From positions 26,350,001 to 26,414,000 of the forward strand of contig NC_042997.1 of assembly GCF_006345805.1 (NCBI RefSeq): DNA of 64,000 bases. Direction: 5' to 3'. The position numbers and the translations under genes were made by a program. This DNA is from Octopus sinensis. Its lineage: Eukaryota. The notes beneath the pieces were generated by a model. The model saw only the letters and a list, made by a program, of their open reading frames with translations. It was not told where the DNA came from and searched no databases. Below, piece by piece: positions 51,438 to 64,000 of this stretch; position 1 is the first letter of the stretch, and each line of letters opens with the position of its first letter.

Positions 51438-51815
51438 GGATAACCCAACGCATCTCTGATAATAGATACAAATGAGAATTCACAGTCAGGTTACAGGAGC
51501 TGTAAAGTTGCTTACTAATTCGCCATAAGTGTTCTGTTTTGCTTGGACGTTTGATTGTACATTTACAACCACTGGACAGCTGACACACAACAAAATATCA
51601 GGTCTGTTATGTTTGCACTAAATTGATGTTTTTATTGAGGTGTTTCAACGGTATTCCTTGTTTTTAAAGGTATGAATACTTGCTGGTTCTGACATGTATG
51701 TATGTATGTATGTATGTATGTATGTATGTATGTATGTATGTACTTCGTATGTTTGTATGTATGTATGCCCGCACGTGCGTACGTATGTATGTACGTAAGA
51801 ATGTATGTATGGACG

Positions 51816-51923
<108 letters not shown>

Positions 51924-52749
51924 CATACGTACGTACGTAGTATTTATGTATGTATGTATATATGTATGTACGTACCTATGTATGAATGTATGTATGTACC
52001 TATGTATGTATATAAGTATGTTTGCATGTACATATGTATGAATGTATGTATGTATGTATGTATGTACGTACGTACGTATGTATCTACGTAGGTTTGTATG
52101 TATGGATGTGTGTATGTATGTACGTTTGTATGTATGTATATATGTATGCAGGCGTGGCAGTGTGCTAAGAGATGCAGGCGTGGCAGCGTACTAAGAGGTT
52201 TGCATCCCTAAAATATACTTTTATTCTAGTCCCCGTCCCAATCAGACCCTTGTGAGTAGATCTGGTAGATGGTAACCGAATGATGGCAATCTCTCTTAGT
52301 CCGAGAAAAGAGGTTCTGTAATTTCTTGCCGGAAAATCGGCATAAATTGCTTGCTCATAGCGAACAAATATCTGTGCTGCACAACAGCTCAGTTTCTCTG
52401 TTAAGTGGATGTTACCTTAACAGGGGCGTGGTGTACTATACGCCAAGGGTCGCAATGATTGCAGAGCAACGAGAAATGAAGTGTCTTGGTTAAGATTGCA
52501 ACATACCACCCGGTTGAAGAAGTGAAACCACAATCTCGCGAATATGAGTGCAACACCGGAGCTACTAGGCCAGCTGGCCATCACATTGTAGGCGTGTGTG
52601 TGTGTGTGTGTGCGTAGGTGCGTGTGCGTATGTGTGTGTGTCATTTTGCTTGTCACCGCACCATCGCTTGGCAACCAGTGTTGGTTTGTTGAAGTCCTCA
52701 TACTCTAGAGGTTCGGAGAATGCGACCGACAGAATAATTACCAGGCTCT

Positions 52750-54896
<2,147 letters not shown>

Positions 54897-55539
54897 TTGC
54901 GTTAGAAGGGCATCCAGCCATAGAAAACACTGCCAGATCAGACTGGGCCTGATGCAGCCTTCTGGCTTCACAGACCCCAGTTGAACCGTCCAACCCATGC
55001 TAGCATGAAAGCGGACGCTAAATGATGATGATGATGATGATGATATATATATATATATATATATAATGGATTTACGGTGTGTATGTGAGTATGTATGTAT
55101 AAGTATGAACAAGAATTCCGTTACAGCTATCAGATTTACATTAGGTCACTAAGGTTTAGGAAGTCAAACAAAGGTTTTAAATAAGCTATTTTCATTATCA
55201 GACAGTAGGTGTGTATGAATGTATGCGTTATTGTTGCTGCTGCAGATGCTGTTGTTGCCGTTGCTACTACTGCTGCTGTGGCTGCTATGCTGTTACTTAA
55301 CACCAGGTTAACATTGAGCCCTTGGCGCAATATATTCATGCATGCATACATGCATACATACATACATACATACATACACACATACACACATGCACAAATA
55401 CATACGTACACACACTTGCCTACATACACACATACATAAATACAAACAACATACATGCATACATAGATACATACATACATACATGCATACATAGATACAT
55501 AGATACATAGATACATACATACATACATACATACATACA

Positions 55540-55570
<31 letters not shown>

Positions 55571-55576
55571 CCCCTG

Positions 55577-55960
55577 TCCCTACACCTTAGAACCATCACG
55601 GCATCTAAAGTGGCTTTTTAAACCAGACAATATTCTGAAAAGACACCCACATAGATTGCACATTCGATTTGGACCACCAAGAGCTGCAGATAAGTTCTGA
55701 TCTTTGTGGATCTTAAAATGTCTTTTGAGACCTTCATTAGATTTGCAATTCTTCTGGCATACATTGCATTCAAAGGTGTGCGCGGACATATAGGCAGAAA
55801 AGTTGGTGGAGGAATGCTTTCCATGGCTTCGCAAATGAGATTTGAGCTCAGCAAAAGAAAGGCATGGTCTGTCACAAACTCAGCACACAAAAAATACATT
55901 GTGATTCATCTTCTCGAACGTAACATTCTTCTTTAAATCTATTTTGAGTCCTGCATGTTA
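55577..55960 (-). pseudogene. Three C2H2-like fingers with a premature stop; probable RTE-LINE C-terminus
   Basis: C*VCDRPCLSFAELKSHLRSH, CNVCQKNCKSNEGLKRHFKIH, CNLCGCLFRILSGLKSHFRC; TGA at 55880-55882. No TGEKP linkers. Confidence 0.6.
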
Positions 55961-56059
55961 TCCTGTCCAAAATGTCGAAATTCATCCTTCTTCTCTTGAC
56001 GCTATTAAAACTTAAATGTAGCTGGTAATACGTAATGTTAATAATTGAAGAATTAATAT

Positions 56060-56279
56060 TCTTTTCTACTCTAGGCACAAAGCCCGAATTTTTGAGGGGA
56101 GGGGAGTGCTAGTCGATTTATATCGACCCCAGTACTCAACTGGTACTTAATTTATCTACCCCGAAATGACGAGAGGCAAAGTCGACCTCGGCGGAATTTG
56201 GACTGAGAACGTAAAGATAGACGAAATACTCGTAAGCATTTCGCCTGGCGTGCTAACGTTTCCGCCAGCTCGCCGCCTT
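56060..56279 (-). mobile_element. SINE family B (alternative tail)
   Basis: Reverse complement of the 1267-1474 type, with a degenerate TSD ga(a/g)gaa(t/c)taat. Confidence 0.85.
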
Positions 56280-57199
56280 GAGGAACTAATATTTAACAGT
56301 AAGTTGACCAGTTACTAACTTTTTAGTCTACAATGGACGGAATGGATATGCTAAGAGGTCATTTGGTTGATTCGTATCCTGTCACCAATACAGTGTCCTG
56401 TTTATGGTTAGGACACTTATTACTCATTCAATGCCCTCTATACAGTTAATTAATATTGTAAAATAGCAGCCAAATCTACCCTCAATTACGCTAGAGAGTG
56501 TGCACGAAAACTTTTATTTAGTGTTCCCACGGCAAGTCCAAATAATCAGGGGTAACACGTTTAAGTCGCTATCATAAGAATTAGTACAACGAATGCCAAG
56601 AGCAAACAAGATACGTTTCATTTACATAGAATTGTGCTGGATGCGTTAAGAAGGGAGCGTCCGTGCAATTACCCACTCTACCTAAACTGGCTCCGTTCAT
56701 TGAAAGGGGTTTTTGAATCTTCCATTAGGGTCAGTAAGTAATTTTCCCTGCGAAAGAAAAATGTTTGTGTGTGTGTGTATTTTGTCCGTGCATGTGTGTC
56801 TGTCTCTGTCTATATCTTCAAATAGGTTTTGGATGTTCCACTAGACCTAGTAGTAATTCTGCTTCCGAAAAAAAAAATGTGTGTGTGTGATGTGGGTGCA
56901 TGTGAGTGTTGTGTGTGTCTATCTGTCTGTCTTCCAGTCTGCCCCTCTTAGTCTTCTGTTTTCGATTATTCAAATCCTTCCTTGGAAGACGAAGCTGGTT
57001 TCTAACAAATTACACACTTAAATTACACACAACGGTCTGTCGCAAAATTGGAGACATTCAGTAAACTATATCAGAAGGAAATAAAGATACACATGGTAAT
57101 GTTGCTTCAATGATAATAGATCTACAGAATTAGGCCTATTTGGGGGCTAAAGGAAAACAGAATTCATCGCTAGTCCATGATAGAGTCTGACTGGATCGT

Positions 57200-57500
57200 G
57201 GCTTCAGGCTCTTGCCTGATAGGGCTGGGGTCAATCCAAGTTAGTGGTCCCAGAAGCGTCAGCATACGTAGAGCCGACCGGTGCTCTTCATCGCTGTCTG
57301 TCCCGTGACAACTCTTCTGCATCCTCCAAGATGACGCTGAGCTTCTGGAAACCTTCCCCAATCATGCCCAGCCATCTGGTGCAGGGCTTACCACGAGGCC
57401 TCTTCCAGCCCACAGCCGCTGCGTCGAATGAGAGTAAAGTTCTGATAGGATGATCTAGCGGGTGACAGGGGACAGGTCCGTATCAGCGCATGGATGATAG
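57200..57500 (-). mobile_element. RTE-type LINE 3' end
   Basis: WKRPRGKPCTRW...AEELSRDRQR*R matches the RTE C-terminal RPRGRP..RW...A.DR..WR pattern. Confidence 0.7.
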
Positions 57501-58310
57501 AGTGTTTGGGCTAATTCTGTTGTATTCCACTCTCATGCAAAAATAAACACTTTGTCAGAGACAGAATTAACGTTCCTATACATGGTTTCTGTGTTTTCTC
57601 TCTCTCTTTTGACGGTGTGAGTTTTTAATCGAGTTTCTCGCAAAGTCCAGTACCTTGTCAAAAATATTGAAATCGATATTTTTATATTTTCATATTACTT
57701 TGTCTTTAAATTTATTTTTATTTCTTAAAAACCATTCATATTAATTAAGGAAATCAGCTGAAATTTAACGGTTTATTTTCTTTGCATAAAGACGAAACTG
57801 AAATTATTATTTGGCAAATAAATTATTAATATTCGCTAAAATTGTACAAAAAGCAAGTAAACAATGAGGAGAATAGGCTGCTGTGTGCAAAATTGCAAAA
57901 TAATTTCCTTTTCTTCTTATATAAATTCCAATTATTTCTTGTTTTGCTTGCATTTATTTCTCATATTCGTTTTCCAGAAATATGAATTAGGATTCGATAA
58001 AAATGAACAGTTTGCTATTTCATTTTATTAACTTTAAACATTAATATTCGATTATTTCCCCTCACAAAAATTGATTATTGAAAATTTATCTCATTAAGTT
58101 CATATTTAAAGATTTATGCCTTTTTACTTTTATTCCAAAGGAACAGAAAGGATTAAATTGAAAACAATTTGCAAGAATTTATTAACATGAATTGCAGACA
58201 GAAGATTAGCTTAAAACCAAATTACATACGTATAGATGCCAAATTACAGAAGTACAAAGACACACATACACACATACATACATACATACATACACATACG
58301 CACACGCATA

Positions 58311-59072
58311 CACACCTTATATATGTATACGTATACATATATATGCATGTGTTTATGTATACATATATAATATACATACATACATCATACATTCATACGC
58401 ACACTCACGCAAAGAAGCACGCATGTACACACATATACAAACGCATATGGATTTGTGTATATATTTACATATGCATTCTCACACTCACGCACAGACACAA
58501 TGTATGAGTGTGTCCCCGAATAAGGCAAGGTAGCTAGTGCTTACTCTGGCAGAAACTCTACACACCTTATATATATATGTATACGTATACATTTATATGT
58601 ATGTGTTTATGTATACATTATGTATACATATATGGTATACATACATATATCATACATACATACACACTCACGCAAACAAGCACACATGTACACATATATA
58701 CAAACGCATATGGATTTGTGTATATATTTACATATGCATTCACACTCAGACACAGACACACGCATGAGTGCGCCCCGAATAAGGCAAGGTAGCTAGTGCT
58801 TACTCTGGCAGAAACTCTACACACCTTATATATATATGTATACGTATACGTTTATATGTATGTGGTTATGTATACATATATGGTATACATACATACATCA
58901 TACATACATACACACACTCACGCAAACAAGCAGACATGTACACACATATACAAACGCATGTGGATTTGTGTATATATTTACATATGCATTCACACACTCA
59001 GACACAGACACACGCATGAGTGCGCCCCCGAATAAGGCAAGGTAGCTAGTGCTTACTCGGGCAGAAACTCTA
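58311..59072. repeat. Three tandem ~255-bp units
   Basis: Units 58311-58560, 58561-58819 and 58820-59072, each ending gaataaggcaaggtagctagtgcttactc(t/g)ggcagaaactcta. Confidence 0.95.
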
Positions 59073-59379
59073 AATATTAAGTTTTGTAATCGAAAAATGT
59101 GAAAGAAATGCAACATACTATTCAGAAAATTTTCAATATCTTGATGTTGGACGAGAAGAATTTTGTATTGTGTTGTAGAAGCAGCGTGATTGCGAGGAAT
59201 TTTTATGCTTTACCAAATTCTTTTACACTTTTACAGAACGCCACCATTTATGCATTGATTGCAATAATGGCTTTAGTCTTGTATAGCGGAGCATGTTGCT
59301 TACGGTGTGTCCCCCACTAACTGGCGTGTACAGAATTCCTTATTGATACTACCCCTGGAAGCTCGAAACTATGTCGAAA

Positions 59380-61480
59380 TTTTAGTAGGTGAATTTCCGA
59401 TAGTAGGTTTAGCCAGTTAAGTAGGATTCTAGCGACATTTATTCCAACAAGTTTCTTCTCTTGTTGCCACACTTTAATTTGTCTCCCTTCTTGAAGAAAA
59501 TATTTACATGTCTGAGTTCAGCTTTTATATTTGTTTTCACGTCCAGATTAGCAAGAAAATCACGTGTTCCTTTATTTGTAATACTTCATATCAAAACTTA
59601 ACATATCACAAACAGAATATCGTCGGATCCGCTCAATTTATTTTTTAGCGATCGGGTTGAGGTTTTGGCTTATGCGAGCTAAGTGGCGAGCTAAGTTGTT
59701 GATATTTAAGTCTTTGTGCAATATAATCTATAAATTTTTCTTTGGTTTTACCGTCGCGATCAAACAAGTCTTCGAAACGATAATTCCACCAGTTAATAGC
59801 TGCTTGCCTTCTGTTATAAATTGTGTACCATCTTTAGACATGAGAATTGTTAGCTCTATTGTAGTAAGACTATATAATGCTTTAACTGCACAGAAGAAAT
59901 AACTCTTGTTATAATTTATTTGTCCTTTGCGTGTGTATGTTTCTGAAATGCAGGTTTTTCATTTGCATTCGATATTCCTCATATTTTGGTAGGAATGGAA
60001 AGATGCTCCCATTCCTTCAGTCAGCCGCTGATTTGCTCATTGATTTTATCACCTCATCTTGATGTATCTCTGAGGTAAAACGCAGAAACTCTTCATAAGC
60101 TGCTTAGATGTCTACCTTAAAAGAGTAACATTGTCACAATTTTAAGGTAGATAGGTGATAATGTATCGAGTAGACTCTGATGAAGTTCTATCATTCTTAT
60201 TTTTTTTAGAGTCTGAAACTCAGTGTAACATTCCACTGGTGTCATTTCCGGTGTCGACGTCACTTTAGAGCTTGTTGAATTTGCACATTACATCGCATTT
60301 ATCAGTAGTTCGTTGGCCCGAGAAGTAATTGTCAGTGACACCTATAAAATGTACACCTATGTGATCGCGGATTCTTTAAATTGATTCGTTAAGATGCTTA
60401 CTGCTTTGATCGTGGGTGTTATCAGCAATACTCAAATTGTTTGCTTGTGAGAATACTGAGTTGGTAATTGGAAAGTCATATCCTCCATATTTAATTTAAA
60501 GCAGGGACGTAATTTGAGTCAGCCTTTCCATCGTCATACCCTTGCATTTGTGCTATTCAGAAGGTTAGGCCTTTGCCATCTCTGGCTGTGAAGTCACCCT
60601 TCAAATAACTTTATCTTATTTTCACATTCTGGATAGAACGCAGTCTAATCTAGTATAAAATCCTCTTTGATTTCATATTTGCAACAAATGTGGGAGTATT
60701 AGCCTGGTATCTATCAGGTACTTGATAAAACAATCAAACTATAAGCTCACGATGATAAATATTTCGTAGATGCCAGTTGGTGATTCAGTAACCCATCAAG
60801 GAGACCATGTAAGTGACACTCTGCTGAAGGAATTACTTTCAAAACGAAAGTATATGTGTCGCCATATTACTTCTGTTGTCTCTCATCGATTAGATTTGTC
60901 TCGTCAATGGCTACAATGAATGTGCGTATTTAAGTGTTTCATTCTCTAGAAACGACTGCCGCCTGTCATTCAACGAAGATTATTCAGTAAGCGTCAGAAC
61001 ATCACAAGATTGAAAAGTTTTTTAAGTATTATTTATTTTGGCCGCATAAAAGTGACGCATCCAAATGAAGAAATCTAGTAGGGAGACTCAGAGAGGCTAC
61101 ATTCGAGGTACTTTTTCTAGTCATTTACTAATGCAGTGTGGGCAAAGTGGACCTTAGAGAGAAATCTACCCAGGCGCTGAAGCAGCTGCCGAAACGTAAT
61201 TCTGTCTGCCATCATACATTTACTGCCTTCAAACAATCTCTTAAGCAGCAACTCCGAGATATCACAGAACAGCTCTCGTAGCCAATGATTATCATTGGAT
61301 TTAGGAGCGTACTGGTAATCTATGGAACGTCAGTACATGGATTAGATTAGCATAGTGAAACTTGCAAATCATTTTTTTTTTTGCGATTGCAAGGAGTTGC
61401 TCATTCCTAAGCTGTTCCTTAATGTTCTTTCTACATGCTAATTCCGACAACTTCTCACCTGCACCATACCCGAATGTGAA
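59380..61480 (-). mobile_element. Heavily decayed RTE-clade LINE (APE + start of RT)
   Basis: Remnants FFCAVKALY...SKDG...FEDLF, FKKGD..CGN and endonuclease-like stretches at 60300-60900. Confidence 0.6.
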
Positions 61481-61566
61481 TCTAAATGTTGTGTTGATAC
61501 CATGCCATATCATATCATATCATAACTAATCATACCATATGATACCAAATCTTATATATATATATA

Positions 61567-61796
61567 GTGTACATTTAAACACACGAGGAATCCACTCGTG
61601 GGATTCAACTCGCTAGAAAGAACAGCTAGGTTCCATAACCACAAAATTGGTCCAGGAAACTATATGGTAAAATGTTTTTATTTTTTCATTTCGTTCCTGT
61701 CGAATTTTATCCCTAATTTTGTGGTTATGGAACCTAGCTGTTCTTTCTAGCGTGTTGAATCACACGAGTAGATTCCTCATGTTTTTAAGTGCACAC
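61567..61796. mobile_element. 230-bp hairpin MITE
   Basis: ~82-bp inverted arms (61567-61648 and 61715-61796), including a perfect cgctagaaagaacagctaggttccataaccacaaaatt. Confidence 0.9.
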
Positions 61797-61900
61797 TGTA
61801 TTTTATGACTAATACATAGTCTTTGGACTAAATTTTTACTCGTTAGGCCACTGGAAATGAAAATTATAAATACTTTCCATTTCCCTTTGATATGATTAAG

Positions 61901-61937
<37 letters not shown>

Positions 61938-61990
61938 ATAAGGCACTAAAAAAGAATGACTCTCCCCAGACACATCTCTCTCTCTCTCTA

Positions 61991-62032
<42 letters not shown>

Positions 62033-62321
62033 CAACACACACACACACAAAGGATTTTTCGTGCATTTCCATAAAATCGCATTCTTTTTGCATTTTATTT
62101 AGCTGGATTATTGCAACTATATCTAATTACCTTCTAGTTTCTTCCTTCTGCGTATATGTATGCATGTATGTATGTGTGTGTGTGTGTGTGTGTGCGTGCG
62201 CACGCGTGTGTGTATGTAGCTTTATTTTGTATATATTTATGTATGTACTTATGTATGTTCGAGCATGTGTATTTATGTGTATTCAAATACATGCAAAGAT
62301 TGTACATATATACATACATGC

Positions 62322-62352
<31 letters not shown>

Positions 62353-64000
62353 CATACATACATACATACATACATCCATACACACACACATAATTCGTAT
62401 ATCTATCTATGTCTGAAGCTTTTACTGCTGCCGGCATCCACGGACTTCTAGTTGCTATATATAATAATACATGTTTGGTTTCGTAAAGCAGCAAATAGAC
62501 ACAAATGAAAACATTGGATTTTAACAACAGAGATTTGTTGATTTTTCTATGAGTTATATCAATCGGAGTTGTTTGATGGCGCCAAGTAACAATAAAGTGT
62601 CAAAACGGGGCGTTGTTTGAATGCATTTTCTCTGAAGCATTGCTACACAATGGCTATAAACGAGGAGAAAATACCTCATTGAATGCACACCAACGAATTT
62701 TAAGTCATTGGAGATGGAAATGTGTGCAGTTCGGTAAAATTAAAATTAAAAAAAAAAAAACGTTCATGTCAGCCTAACTTGCGCTATAGCATGTTTATTA
62801 TATTCTCCAAGGGTTAAGAAATCGTAATTGATATATCCAATATCCAAAATGCCTGCTAAAAAAAGAATGAGAAAAAACGATGGAGAGACTAAGAATAAGA
62901 AAGAGAAAGAGGCAAAGAGACAGCAAATTAGATAGGGCAAGAGTGGAAGAGAAAAAGAGAAATTTGAATGTTTCATTTACCATTTTTTATTGTTGCGTGA
63001 GATAAAATTACTTCTTAGTAGTAAACAAATGTCACCATCAAGTGAATGCGAATATGATGATTAGGTAATTTAAAACAACCGACCAAAACAGAAAAGAAAA
63101 AGGAAAAATTTAAAAACTATTGGTTGTATATCGACTGATTTAGGAATTTCTGTTTCAGGATTATATTAAACTAGATTTGATTAACTTGGAAGGCTGCAGA
63201 AAGTGGATGGCTGTTTCATTATGCAAAACACAGAGTAAAGATACTGTTGGAACATAGAAGCGCTCATAATATCTTATCACTGAGTTTCTACAGTTATATA
63301 ATTAAGTAGATAAAAGCTAAATCACCCAGCCAGTTAGAATGCTTGTCTACAGTGGTTGACATTATGAGATTTGGTTATTCTTGACACCCATGTGAAGCAG
63401 TGCACGTTAAAGTGTAATGATAGCAGTCGCAATCGAATGCAGCGAGTATATATTGGTTTTAAAGTTTTGCTACAAGGCCAGTATTTTCTGGCATGGGTAA
63501 GGATGAAAGGTGGAAATTGAACTCAGAACGTAAAGACGGACGAAATGCCGCTAAGCACGCTTCCCGGCGTGCGAACGATTCTACCAGCTGGTATACATTT
63601 TATCGACTTCGTACTTCTGGACGAATGTCGAAACCAACGTGACGAATTTGAAGGTGGAACATTAGTCATAGCTAATCACCATGAAGCAATTCGTCGAATA
63701 TTACCTAGATTGGGCCAAACTGTCAAGCCTCATTATATAAATACGAGCAAAACGCCCCCCGTCCAATGGACGGTGCTGAATCATATCTGCTGAATAAAAA
63801 GCAATCAGTGTTTTCTTTTCATTAAAAAAATAATTAAGCATGCATTTATTTCAATAAAAGTTTTGGTTTTGTTAAACTAAGTTAAGGCAAAAAAACTTCT
63901 TGAGAAACCAAATAGTCTTTCCTTCCTTCATGCTAAGTTTGAAGAAAATATCTCTTTCGCATCTTACGTTTTTTGGTCTCTTAAATATACTGCACTTTGT

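Noticed and set aside
58311-59072. Repeated ~45-bp core with ~210-bp intervals, CRISPR-like at first glance
   Set aside because: The intervals are copies of each other and far too long, the DNA is eukaryotic, and there are no cas genes.
60170-60235. ctgatga...gaaac inside the RTE remnant
   Set aside because: Extra bases before GAAA and no stem I; likely chance.

Overview
Eukaryotic, AT-rich, microsatellite-saturated animal DNA. The SINE/LINE repertoire suggests an octopod cephalopod (inference; no search run). There is one 100-N scaffold gap (17909-18008) and no prokaryotic features or CRISPR. The only clear host coding sequence is the first coding exon of a two-pore-domain (K2P/TWIK-type) K+ channel on the minus strand (44002-44434, ending TTIG|GTAAGT). 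I found no further exon in the 44 kb downstream, so most of the window is probably its first intron. The rest is mobile DNA: over 30 tRNA-derived SINE copies of several families, a frameshifted but nearly full-length Tx1/L1-clade LINE (~45.8-51.3 kb), nested R4/Dong LINE fragments in (TAA)n tracts (35-40.6 kb), decayed Penelope, RTE and mariner elements, a non-autonomous Helitron and several MITE/foldbacks. The most unusual signal is a set of minimal type-I hammerhead ribozyme motifs found by eye in at least three unrelated small elements. These are a tRNA-headed SINE-like element with Penelope-style inverted tails, a 400-bp foldback, and a pair of 190-bp inverted repeats. The best-preserved copies all lie on the strand of the K2P pre-mRNA. 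Almost all ORFs in the supplied track are microsatellite or SINE translations. All alignments and folds were done by eye, and repeat boundaries are approximate unless target-site duplications (TSDs) are quoted.
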